Below, piece by piece: positions 36,646-45,241 of a stretch of 64,000 nt of DNA (the first letter of the stretch is position 1; each line of letters opens with the position of its first letter). The DNA is from Dehalococcoidia bacterium. GTDB lineage: Bacteria > Chloroflexota > Dehalococcoidia > Lucifugimonadales > UBA3495. The translations under genes were made by a program, and so were the position numbers. Below the pieces are notes generated by a model that worked only from the letters and a program-made list of their open reading frames with translations, was not told where the DNA came from and did not search any database. The stretch lies in assembly GCA_963422635.1 (NCBI GenBank), contig OY730415.1, positions 1,139,343-1,203,342 on the forward strand. Direction: 5' to 3'.

Positions 36646-37074
36646 ATGGCCCGGGTCCGGTTGGGGCGGGAGGGGGAAAGGCTGGCTCGCCAGTATTTGG
36701 AGGGAGCCGGTTACCGAGTAGTGGCGGCCAACTATCGCTGCCTTTGGGGAGAGATAGACCTGATTGCCTGGGACGGGGCTGAGTTGGTATTCGTCGAGGT
36801 GCGCTCCCGCCGCAGTTCCGGCTATGGCTCGCCGGAGGAATCGATCACCCCGGAGAAGATGGAGCGTCTTCTGGCGACGGCGCAGGACTACCTGCAAAAC
36901 CGCTTGCCGGAGCTGGGCCGGGGAGAAATCGATTGGCGTATCGACCTAATCGGCATCCGTTTTTACGCTGGCGTTACCGAAGCTGGCATGGACGCCGGAA
37001 ATGGTCGGGACGAGCGGATTAAGGAGGGCCGGGCGCCCCGGATTGAACATCTGAAATATGCCGTAGAGCTATAG
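36646..37074 (+). CDS. yraN: YraN-family (UPF0102) endonuclease-like protein
   Basis: GERLARQYLEGAGYRVVAANYRCLWGEIDLIAWDGAELVFVEVRSR. The upstream part of ORF 36412-37074 overlaps rnhB and is not coding. An alternative TTG start lies at 36640. Confidence 0.85.
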   Translation: MARVRLGREGERLARQYLEGAGYRVVAANYRCLWGEIDLIAWDGAELVFVEVRSRRSSGYGSPEESITPEKMERLLATAQDYLQNRLPELGRGEIDWRIDLIGIRFYAGVTEAGMDAGNGRDERIKEGRAPRIEHLKYAVEL

Positions 37075-37135
37075 CTACGATTGTTTGGCGCGTCCCCGCT
37101 CGCATATCCCGTTCTGGCATATTCTGTTCTGTTTA

Positions 37136-37231
37136 TCAGATCCCGCCGCCGCTAAACCGGAACAGGAAAAAGTAAATCAGGAACAGCGCAATCAGCAGAA
37201 CGCCGATAATCAAGCATCCATACTTGGTCAA
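37136..37231 (-). CDS. Candidate 31-aa hydrophobic peptide
   Basis: A GGGAGG RBS lies 5 nt before TTG 37231. MTKYGCLIIGVLLIALFLIYFFLFRFSGGGI has a single TM. It is too short to verify. Confidence 0.3.
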   Translation of the reverse strand: MTKYGCLIIGVLLIALFLIYFFLFRFSGGGI

Positions 37232-37337
37232 CGCCGCCTCCCGCCGCGATGGGGTTCCCTGGCGCGGGATGTTACCGGAAATAATCGAACAGATCTCATC
37301 ATTTCAGCCTGGCTCCGCGTTATTCGGAACTCCTACT

Positions 37338-37360
37338 GTCGTTCCGGCGCTGGCCGGAAT
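37338..37360. repeat. REP-like palindromic element copy (best hairpin)
   Basis: GTCGTTCCGGCGCTGGCCGGAAT; TTCCGGC and GCCGGAA form a 7-bp stem. It lies just downstream of the comB stop. Confidence 0.65.
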
Positions 37361-37367
37361 TCGGTCT

Positions 37368-38066
37368 TCATACCGGCGCTTTCCGCGCTACCGGCCGGCC
37401 CTCTTCCCGGCTAACTTTCATCGCATAGGGGTACTTGCTTATCTGGAGGGCGAGTTCCACGTCTTGGGGATGGTATTGGGGCTGGCGGGCGTCAAAGAAC
37501 TTTTGGGTGGCGCCGCCGGCGAGGATCAGACGACGTAGGGCGTCCGGGTCGGGGCGGCGTCCCTCCAGCAGGTTGCGCAGGTAGATGCCGCAGTGCTCGT
37601 CTTCGTCGGCCCGCACCAGGCCTTGGTCGCCCATCGCCACGATGGTTACCAACTCCGGCTGGTCTTGCAAAACCGCCGCAACAGTAGCTTCGGCGACGAT
37701 TAGAGAGCCGAGGTAAATGGTATCGGCCTGGCCGGAGTCGAAAGCGGCGGCCACGCCCACGGTGCCGGCCCGGGTGGACTGGACCAGGGCTTGGCCGGTA
37801 AAGTCCACTTGGGATATTTCGTAGGGGGAGTTGCCATAGTCAAAGCCGTCGGGCCGTTTGCCGTCCACCTCGCCCAGCAGCGCGTTGCCGACGCCGCGGT
37901 GGTGGAGGGCGAGGGCGTCGGCGGCTTCGGCCACCAGGGTAATCTGGGTTGCGCCGTGGTCGAAGGCGATGGCGGCGGTGGTAAAGGCGCGAAAGACGTC
38001 GATGATGATTACGGTTCCCGTCGCTTCTTGCGCATCCCGAATCAGGCTACCCAAGCGTATTTCCAT
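37368..38066 (-). CDS. comB: 2-phosphosulfolactate phosphatase family protein
   Basis: VIIIDVFRAFTTAAIAF...GEVDGKRPDGFDYGNSP...STRAGT are ComB-family motifs. Confidence 0.8.
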   Translation of the reverse strand: MEIRLGSLIRDAQEATGTVIIIDVFRAFTTAAIAFDHGATQITLVAEAADALALHHRGVGNALLGEVDGKRPDGFDYGNSPYEISQVDFTGQALVQSTRAGTVGVAAAFDSGQADTIYLGSLIVAEATVAAVLQDQPELVTIVAMGDQGLVRADEDEHCGIYLRNLLEGRRPDPDALRRLILAGGATQKFFDARQPQYHPQDVELALQISKYPYAMKVSREEGRPVARKAPV

Positions 38067-38127
38067 AAGATTTCCTCAGTGAATTAGTAGGCTTCGCTGG
38101 TTTGACCGTTAGGCCGTACGGCGAACT

Positions 38128-38383
38128 TCAGCTTATACGCCGGAAAGAGACCGCGGTTGTATTTTTATCCAGGGTTTCCTTTTTCCAGCCGACGGAAAGC
38201 CATGCTTGGGGGTGGCGGGAGGAGCTGCTGCGGTCGTTGCCCCGCCAAGCGGATATTCGGGGGCGCCGGGCGGCAATTTAGCTCCGATAGTGATAGTCCC
38301 TTTAATTTGGCTAAAAGTCAGGGGCGCTTGGTTGGTATTAGACGACTTGAGATACTCCGTCAAAGGGCCATATTTCTGCATGG
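38128..38383 (-). pseudogene. Frameshifted small conserved gene (MxKYxPLxxYL...LPxSA...AWWxN...AWLxxGW family)
   Basis: Frame 1 reads MQKYGPLTEYLKSSNTNQAPLTFSQIKGTITIGAKLPPGAPEY. The expected continuation SAWRGNDRSSSSRHPQAWLSVGWKKETLDKNTTAVSFRRIS* is in another frame. The switch is near 38246-38259. Confidence 0.5.
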
Positions 38384-38391
38384 CTTGCCCC

Positions 38392-39336
38392 TTACTTCTT
38401 GACCAGCTTTTGGAGGGTTCGGGGCGCATCCGGCGGGTTGGAGTAGCTGCGGGTATGGGTCCAGGAGACTTCGCCGACGTAGATGTCGCCTCGGGAGTCG
38501 ATGCAGATGCCGTGGGGGGCGATGAAGCGGCCGGGTATTTCTCCCTCGGTTTCGCGGCCCAGGCGGGCCAGGACGTTGCCCTTGGTGTCGTAAATGGAGA
38601 CGCGCGGCCCCAAGTTCGTCGCCTCGAAGTTGGGGCCGATGGGGACGCCGAGTTCGCCGATATAGGTTAGTTCCGCTGCCTGGTCGATGTAGAGGCCGCA
38701 GGGTCGGGCCATGTTGACCCACTGGGTCTCGAACTTGCCGTTGGCGTCAAAGACTTGTACCCGATGATTCTCCCGGTCGGCGACGAATACCCAGCCGTCT
38801 TTGTCGGTGCAGACGTTGTGGGCGATGTTAAAGCAGCCGGGGTCGGTGCCGGATTCGCCCCAGGAAAAGAGCAGCTTGCCGTCGGGGGAATACTTGTGCA
38901 CTCGGGCGTTGCCGTAGCCGTCGGAGACGTAAAAGTCGCCGTTGCGCGGGTCGATGGCGACGTGGGTGCAGCGGTTGAAGGGGTTGCCGCTCATAAAGCC
39001 GGCGGGCTGTCCGCTGCGGCCCAGGGTAAAGAGGACTTGGCCGTCCAGGGTACACTTGCGGACGGTATGGTCGCCGTCGTCGGTGCAGAAAATCGTGTCG
39101 TCCGGCCCCATGGTTATGCCATGGGCCCGGGGAAAGATGCCTTCGCCCCAGGAGCGGAGGAAGTTGCCGTTCCGGTCAAATATAATCATCGGGTGTTCGC
39201 CCCGGTTAAAGGCGTACAGGTTATCGTTGGAATCCACGCCCACCGCCGCCACCTCCTTGAAGGCCCAGCCGTCGGGCAGGGTTCCCCAGCCCTCGGCCAC
39301 CTGGTAGCGATAATCGCCCGTCCCTAGTTCCGCCAT
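38392..39336 (-). CDS. NHL-repeat beta-propeller protein (peptidyl-alpha-hydroxyglycine lyase-like)
   Basis: Repeated motifs of the type ...P.GI..D..G.IYV.D..NHRVQVFD.... The start is taken at ATG 39336 (MAELGTG). Confidence 0.75.
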   Translation of the reverse strand: MAELGTGDYRYQVAEGWGTLPDGWAFKEVAAVGVDSNDNLYAFNRGEHPMIIFDRNGNFLRSWGEGIFPRAHGITMGPDDTIFCTDDGDHTVRKCTLDGQVLFTLGRSGQPAGFMSGNPFNRCTHVAIDPRNGDFYVSDGYGNARVHKYSPDGKLLFSWGESGTDPGCFNIAHNVCTDKDGWVFVADRENHRVQVFDANGKFETQWVNMARPCGLYIDQAAELTYIGELGVPIGPNFEATNLGPRVSIYDTKGNVLARLGRETEGEIPGRFIAPHGICIDSRGDIYVGEVSWTHTRSYSNPPDAPRTLQKLVKK

Positions 39337-39520
39337 ATTGCAACCTCTTTGCTTTGCGTTGATTTGCGCTCGGTCAATCCCGCGGTCGGGGGTTATGCTG
39401 GAGATTGTAACACCAAAACCGGGCGTTGCCATAACTGCCGGGCGTTGCTATCATCGGGAGAGCCGGTAAACTTGACGCCCCGGCGATTGGGCGATTGAAG
39501 GACGGCGGAGGATGGGTTAG

Positions 39521-40216
39521 ATGGTTCAGCAAGAGGCGCGGGATTTCGTAAAGTATTCCTTCTACCAGGTGGCTCCGGAGTGGCGGCGGTTGTCTGCGGC
39601 GGAACGGGCGCGAAGCAAGGAGGAGTTTGCGGCTACCCTGGCGGAGTTTTCCGATCGGGTGGCGCTGTCTAGCTATAGCTTGGCGGCGACCCGGGGGGAC
39701 GTGGACTTTATGCTTTGGAAAATCAGCCCCACCCTGGAGGCCATTGATGAACTGATGGCGCAACTGAACCGGACCGAGCTGGCCGCTTACTTGCGGATGC
39801 CCCATTCTTATCTGGCGATGACCCGTCGTTCCCCCTATGTGGACCAGCATCGGCATGAGGGGCAGGAGGGGGCGGCTTCTACGATGCGTATTATCGGACG
39901 CAAGTACCTGTTCATCTATCCCTTCGTCAAGACTCACGACTGGTATCAATGCTCCCAGGAGGAGCGGCAGCGGCTGATGAGCGAGCATTTTACCATCGGG
40001 CACCGCTATCCGGAGGTGAAAATCAGCACGGCCTATTCCTTTGGTCTGGACGATCAGGAGTTTGTGCTGGGCTTTGAGACGGATAATCCGGGGATGTTTC
40101 TGGATTTGGTGATGGCGCTGCGGGAATCGGAGGCTCGCCCGTACACGCTGCGGGATACGCCGATATTTACGTGCTTGAGCAAGCCGGTTAAGGAGTGTTT
40201 GGACGGGTTGGGATGA
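39521..40216 (+). CDS. hemQ: Chlorite-dismutase-family coproheme decarboxylase
   Basis: 231 aa. YSFYQV..., FIYPFVKTHDWY and EHFTIGHRYPEVKISTAYSFGLDDQEF are characteristic of HemQ/ChdC. GGAGG RBS. Confidence 0.85.
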   Translation: MVQQEARDFVKYSFYQVAPEWRRLSAAERARSKEEFAATLAEFSDRVALSSYSLAATRGDVDFMLWKISPTLEAIDELMAQLNRTELAAYLRMPHSYLAMTRRSPYVDQHRHEGQEGAASTMRIIGRKYLFIYPFVKTHDWYQCSQEERQRLMSEHFTIGHRYPEVKISTAYSFGLDDQEFVLGFETDNPGMFLDLVMALRESEARPYTLRDTPIFTCLSKPVKECLDGLG

Positions 40217-40261
40217 TGGGGGGAGTTACAATGATTTCTATACTCCAGCAGGAGATGGGAT

Positions 40262-41314
40262 ATGGCTACCAGAATTGCTTTGTTCAATCACAAAGGCGGT
40301 GTCAGTAAAACCACCACCACTTTCCATTTGGGATGGATGCTGGCGGAAAAAGGCCATAGGGTAATAATGGTTGACGCTGACCCTCAGTGCAACTTGACTG
40401 GTTTGGTACTCAATTATAGGGGGCCGGCTGCTCTTGAAAACTTCTATGAACAAGAGAAAGGTCGCAACTTTAGGGACGGCTTGGCCCCGGCATTTGAATC
40501 CAGACCTGAAGTTCTGAAAGCGGTTGACTGTTGCCAGGTCTCTGGTCGAGAAGGGCTCTTTCTGTTGCCGGGCCACATTAAGTTATCTGAATATGAGGTT
40601 ACTCTGGGGATTGCTCAAGAGCTTTCCGGTTCTATCCAAACGCTTCAGAATCTGCCGGGTTCGATAGCTCGCCTGTTAGAGTTGACGGCTGAACGTCATT
40701 CAGCAGACTATGTGCTGATCGACTTGAACCCTAGCCTCAGCTCGCTCAATCAAAATCTGGTGATGACCAGTCACTTCTTCATCGTTCCTACGACACCGGA
40801 TTACTTCTCCGCTATGGCGGTCCAGTCATTGGCTGGTGTATTGCCGGATTGGCTCAAATGGGCGAAGCGGGCTTCGGAACTGCCGGTGTTGAATTCTGCC
40901 GTCTATCCATTTCCCAACATTACGCCGAAGTTACTAGGAACTATCATACAAAACTATCGGCTTAGGGACAGTCGTCCGGCCAGCGCGTTCCAAAGCCGGA
41001 TCGACGACATAGACCGTAACGTTTCGGAAGAGTTGTTTCCGAAGCTGAAAAAATCTGGTATGACTTTGCCCCGATCGGCTTATGAGAAGTATGGTCTCAA
41101 AGGGATTTGTTTGGCTACAATCTCCGATTTTAATTCGCTCATCGCCAAGTCTCAAGAGCACCAGACCCCGGTGTATGCCCTAACTGCCGAGCAGATAGGA
41201 CAGAGTGGTAATGTCCTGGAAAATACTGAGGTATCACGGAACAACTTCAAAGAAGTCTTTTCCGACTTGGCGGACAAAGTAATATCCCTTGTGAACTATG
41301 CAACCAGCCCTTGA
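40262..41314 (+). CDS. ParA/MinD-superfamily ATPase (orphan, no ParB)
   Basis: Deviant Walker A NHKGGVSKTTT, A' box MVDADPQCN and Walker B YVLIDLNPS. 350 aa, AGGAG RBS. Composition looks lower-GC than the flanks. Confidence 0.85.
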   Translation: MATRIALFNHKGGVSKTTTTFHLGWMLAEKGHRVIMVDADPQCNLTGLVLNYRGPAALENFYEQEKGRNFRDGLAPAFESRPEVLKAVDCCQVSGREGLFLLPGHIKLSEYEVTLGIAQELSGSIQTLQNLPGSIARLLELTAERHSADYVLIDLNPSLSSLNQNLVMTSHFFIVPTTPDYFSAMAVQSLAGVLPDWLKWAKRASELPVLNSAVYPFPNITPKLLGTIIQNYRLRDSRPASAFQSRIDDIDRNVSEELFPKLKKSGMTLPRSAYEKYGLKGICLATISDFNSLIAKSQEHQTPVYALTAEQIGQSGNVLENTEVSRNNFKEVFSDLADKVISLVNYATSP

Positions 41315-41948
41315 TTTGTTTCGAGAGAACATGGGGCGGGCAAGGGACCTGATTGCCATTTCCCATGTCATACAGGTTCAAACTACCCAAGCGCTAGACC
41401 TCTCGGATGTCTTGCGGGCTGCGCTGGTTATGTCGGTGAGCGCGCTTGACCATTTCATACATGAGGCGGTCAGAGCCGGTATGCTGGAATCCTACCGGGC
41501 TGAACGCCCCAGAACGCCGGGCTTTTTGAGTTTTCAAGTAACGATAGGAGCCGTTCTTCAAGGACTTTCCGATCCGGATTCACCAAATTGGGTAGAAAAC
41601 CAAATTAGAGATCGACACGGATACCGGAGTTTTCAAACTCCTGACCAAATCGCAGATGCAATCCGGCTAATCTCCGAGGCGCCGCTGTGGAGCGAGGTGG
41701 CGCTACTCTTAGGTATGGATCGCCGAGAAGTTACCGAAACCTTGACTCTTATTGTTCAGCGCCGCAATAAAATTGCGCATGAAGCTGATGTAATGCCGGA
41801 CTATGCTGGTCAGATAGTTTATTCGGATTCGCGTTCGCCTATTGACGAAGACCTAGTGAAAGGCGCCGTTAACTTTATTGAGCGAATATCGGAGACTATA
41901 TATACCATCGTATCGACTATACCACCGTTGCCCTCCAGGAATTATTAA
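41298..41948 (+). CDS. HEPN-like protein with an R-x4-H motif (predicted RNase)
   Basis: 216 aa; overlaps the ParA gene by 17 nt. It carries QRRNKIAHEAD (R-x4-H) and an N-terminal LRAALVMSVSALDHFIHE helix. The fold assignment is by motif only. Confidence 0.6.
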   Translation: MQPALDLFRENMGRARDLIAISHVIQVQTTQALDLSDVLRAALVMSVSALDHFIHEAVRAGMLESYRAERPRTPGFLSFQVTIGAVLQGLSDPDSPNWVENQIRDRHGYRSFQTPDQIADAIRLISEAPLWSEVALLLGMDRREVTETLTLIVQRRNKIAHEADVMPDYAGQIVYSDSRSPIDEDLVKGAVNFIERISETIYTIVSTIPPLPSRNY

Positions 41949-41960
41949 CAACCAAGAAAA

Positions 41961-41992
41961 GGGGCGAACCGTTCACGGTTCGCCCCTTTTCT
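41961..41992. terminator. Bidirectional intrinsic terminator
   Basis: GAAAA-GGGGCGAACCG-TTCA-CGGTTCGCCCC-TTTTCTT, between the convergent HEPN-like gene and aconitase. Confidence 0.8.
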
Positions 41993-42070
41993 TGCGCGGA
42001 TTTTTTGACTCGAACGGAAGCCGGGCTTGCCGGCTCCGTTTGACGTTCTTCCCCGCCCTTGCTTGCCCTT

Positions 42071-44341
42071 TTACTGGTGGAATAGGTTAAGGGCGGAACC
42101 GAGGCGGAACCATTCTATTTGCGATTCGCCGTAGGAGTGGTTTAGTTGGAGGGTTTCGGAGCTGCCGTCGGCGTGGCGGATGATGCACTCTACCGGCTGG
42201 CCGGGGGCCAAGTTCTGCAACCCTACCAGGCTGATGCGGTCGTCCTCTCGAATGCGGTCGTAGTCGTCCGGGTTGGGGAAGGTTAGAGCCAGCAGTCCCT
42301 GCTTTTTCAAGTTGCTTTCGTGGATGCGGGCAAAGCTGCGCACGATTACCGCCGCGCCGCCCAGTAGACGGGGCGACAGGGCGGCGTGTTCCCGGCTGCT
42401 GCCTTCGCCGTAGTTGAAGTCGCCGATGGCTACCCATTTAATTCCCTGGGCTTTATAGTCCCGGGCGATGCGGGAAAAGGCGACGCCTTCTTCGCCGGTT
42501 ACGACGTTTTTGCCCTTGCCGGCGACGTCGTCATAGGCGTTGATGGCGCCCATAAACATATTGTCGCTGAACTTGTCCAGATGCCCTCGGAAGCGCAGCC
42601 AGACCCCGGCGGGGGAGATGGAGTCGGTGGTGGTCTTGCCTTTGGTCTTGACCAGCACGGGCAGGTCCAGGAAGTCGTTGCCGTCCCAGGCCGGCCAGGG
42701 TTCCAGCAACTGGATGCGCTCGCTGTCCGGCGCTACGGTCAGTTCGATGTCGCTGCCGTCTTCCGGCGGGTTCTCGTAGGAGGAACTGCCCCGGTCGAAG
42801 TTTTGGGGCGGCACGTCCGGGGCTGGCTGGGGCGGCGCCAGGCGGAAGGGCTGGCCGTCGGAGCCGGTGAGGGTGTCGGTGATTGGGTTGAAGGAGAGGC
42901 GGCCGGCGAGGGCCAGGGCGGTAACGATTTCGGGGCTGCCGATGATGTTCATGGTGGAGGCTTCGCCGTCGTTGCGGGCGGGGAAGTTGCGGTTGTAGGA
43001 GGTTACGATGGTGTTGGGTCGGCCTACGGGGTCGCCTTGGCGGCGCCACTGGCCGATGCAGGGGCCGCAGGCGTTGGCGAGTACGGTGGCTTGAATGTCT
43101 TTAAGGGACTGCATCTGTCCGTCCCGCTCGATGGTGGCGCGCACCTGCTCGGAGCCGGGGGTTACCATAAAGGGGACGGCGGCGGTCAGGCCGTGGGCCT
43201 TGGCTTGTTCGGCTACGTCGGCGGAACGGCTCATATCTTCGTAAGAGGAGTTGGTGCAGCTGCCAATCAGGGCCGAGGCGATTTCGTCCACCAAGCCGGG
43301 GTCCTGTTCTAGCTCGGCGGCCATTTGGGAGATGGGGCGGGCCCGGTCCGGAGAATGGGGGCCGACCAGATGCGGTTCTAGTTCGGACAGGTTGATTTCC
43401 ACCACCTGGTCGTAGTGCCGCTCCGGGTTGGCGAGGCATTCCGGGTCGGCGGACAGCAGATGACGGTATTGTTCGGCCAGTTCCGCCAGTTGGCCGCGTT
43501 CGGTGGCGGCCAGGTAGCGGGCCATGGTTTCGTCATAGGGGAAGGTGGAGGAGGTGGCGCCTAGCTCGGCGCCCATGTTACAGATGGTGCCTTTGCCGGT
43601 GGCGCTGATGCTCGCGGTTCCGGGGCCGAAGTATTCGATGATGGCGTTGGTAGCGCCGGATACGGTCAGGAGCCCGGCCAGGCGCAGGATGATGTCCTTG
43701 GGGGCGGTCCAGCCGCTCAGTTGGCCGGTCAGCCGCACGCCGATGAAGCGGGGATAGAGAACTTCCCAGGGCAGCCCGGCCATCACTTCCACCGCGTCGG
43801 CGCCGCCGACGCCCACGGAGATGGAGCCGAGGCCGCCGCCGTTGGGGGTGTGGGAGTCGGTGCCCAACATCAGCTGGGCCGGAAAGGCGTAGTTCTCCAG
43901 GGCTACCTGGTGGATGATGCCGGCGCCCGGCCCCCAGAAGCCGACGCCGTACTTGGCCGCCGCCGTCCGCAGGAAGTCGTAAACTTCATTGTTCTCGCCC
44001 AGCGATTCTTGCAGGTCTTGGGAACCTTCCACCCGGGCTTGGATCAGGTGGTCGCAGTGGACTGAAGTTGGCACGGCGGTGGTGGCGCGCCGGGTTTGCA
44101 TAAACTGGAGCATGGCGGTTTGCCCCAAAACGTCCTGGAGGATTACTCGGTCGGGCCGCAGTTGGATATAGGTTTCCCCGCGCACTAAATCGGTGTTCGT
44201 CGGGTCGTCCAAGTGAGACAGCAGGATTTTATCGGCCAGGACCAAGGGGCGGTTCAGGTTCCGGCGCACGGTGTTCAAGTTCCGGTCCAACTTTTCGTAG
44301 ATGCCGGAAACCAACTCTCTTGTCGGTTCAATCGTTGCCAT
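42071..44341 (-). CDS. acn: Aconitate hydratase
   Basis: 756 aa with IIHQVALEN, GTDSHT, CTNSS, CGPCIGQW and SYNRNFPARN. Confidence 0.95.
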   Translation of the reverse strand: MATIEPTRELVSGIYEKLDRNLNTVRRNLNRPLVLADKILLSHLDDPTNTDLVRGETYIQLRPDRVILQDVLGQTAMLQFMQTRRATTAVPTSVHCDHLIQARVEGSQDLQESLGENNEVYDFLRTAAAKYGVGFWGPGAGIIHQVALENYAFPAQLMLGTDSHTPNGGGLGSISVGVGGADAVEVMAGLPWEVLYPRFIGVRLTGQLSGWTAPKDIILRLAGLLTVSGATNAIIEYFGPGTASISATGKGTICNMGAELGATSSTFPYDETMARYLAATERGQLAELAEQYRHLLSADPECLANPERHYDQVVEINLSELEPHLVGPHSPDRARPISQMAAELEQDPGLVDEIASALIGSCTNSSYEDMSRSADVAEQAKAHGLTAAVPFMVTPGSEQVRATIERDGQMQSLKDIQATVLANACGPCIGQWRRQGDPVGRPNTIVTSYNRNFPARNDGEASTMNIIGSPEIVTALALAGRLSFNPITDTLTGSDGQPFRLAPPQPAPDVPPQNFDRGSSSYENPPEDGSDIELTVAPDSERIQLLEPWPAWDGNDFLDLPVLVKTKGKTTTDSISPAGVWLRFRGHLDKFSDNMFMGAINAYDDVAGKGKNVVTGEEGVAFSRIARDYKAQGIKWVAIGDFNYGEGSSREHAALSPRLLGGAAVIVRSFARIHESNLKKQGLLALTFPNPDDYDRIREDDRISLVGLQNLAPGQPVECIIRHADGSSETLQLNHSYGESQIEWFRLGSALNLFHQ

Positions 44342-44602
44342 AACGGTTCTCCCCTAATGTTTATTCTTGGTTTAGTTCGCTCGACGACCGGCGGCGGATA
44401 AAAGGCTGGGCCGGCGGGGGCGGGATTGATGGCGGTAGTCTAAAAGGATATGGGGTAGCTGTCAATCTGTTGGCGGGGGACGGCGGGGACAAGGGAGGAC
44501 CTCTCCCGGAGCCGACCGCGGTCGTGGCAACGGACGGGAGAGGTCTTTCGGTCTAACCGGGATAGTTAAAGCGGCGGTTAAGCCGGGTATGCCGCTTACT
44601 TG

Positions 44603-44872
44603 TTACTTGCGCTTGAGGGAATCGGGGTCGGTGTTCTTGAAGTAGTCGTAGTTCATGGCGATGTAGTTTTCCCACTGGTTGGGGACGGCGTCTTCGGCAA
44701 AGATGGCGGTTACCGGACAGACCGGCTCGCAGGCGGCGCAGTCGATACACTCGTCGGGGCTGATGTAGTACATATCGTCGTCGTCGGTGGTATAGATGCA
44801 GTCCACCGGGCAAACATCAACGCATGCGGCATCCTTCAGACCAACACAGGGTTCGGTAATTATATAGGTCAT
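44603..44872 (-). CDS. fdxA: 7Fe-type ferredoxin
   Basis: EPCVGLKDAACVDVCPVDC (3Fe-4S type) plus CIDCAACEPVCP (4Fe-4S); 89 aa. Confidence 0.9.
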   Translation of the reverse strand: MTYIITEPCVGLKDAACVDVCPVDCIYTTDDDDMYYISPDECIDCAACEPVCPVTAIFAEDAVPNQWENYIAMNYDYFKNTDPDSLKRK

Positions 44873-45015
44873 TTCTCGAATTGCTCCTCTGAACTAGCGG
44901 TTATTAAGAGTAATGGCTCGGTCGGCCCGGCTCCCGTTGAGGAACAACAGAAGAGCCACTGAAATTATAGCATAGCCCGGCGGGTTTGCAATATAATCCG
45001 GCGGCTCGCTCCGGA

Positions 45016-45093
45016 GGGATAGGGGGTAAAGGGGGGTTGAGGGAGGCGAGGATTTTGAGCAGTAGGTCGCTTCGGCGGGATAGGGGGTAAAGG
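45016..45093. repeat. 17-nt direct repeat GGGATAGGGGGTAAAGG (2 copies, 61-nt period)
   Basis: Copies at 45016-45032 and 45077-45093, in the fdx-dprA intergenic region. Confidence 0.85.
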
Positions 45094-45125
45094 AAATCGA
45101 GGGTAATAACTTTCGGGCTTCCGGC

Positions 45126-45140
45126 GTCAGCCGGAATGAC
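45126..45140. repeat. REP-like palindromic element copy (half-site GTCAGCCGGAATGAC)
   Basis: Same motif family as 4131, 32296, 34667 and 37338. Confidence 0.6.
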
Positions 45141-45241
45141 GGCAGGGGCAGGGGCGGGGGCGGAAGGGTCGTCGGATTCGGAAAGGTTTGCTGACACTGG
45201 CGTTGTTGTTCCTCTTTTGCGCCTTGTGCTAGAATCGCTGG

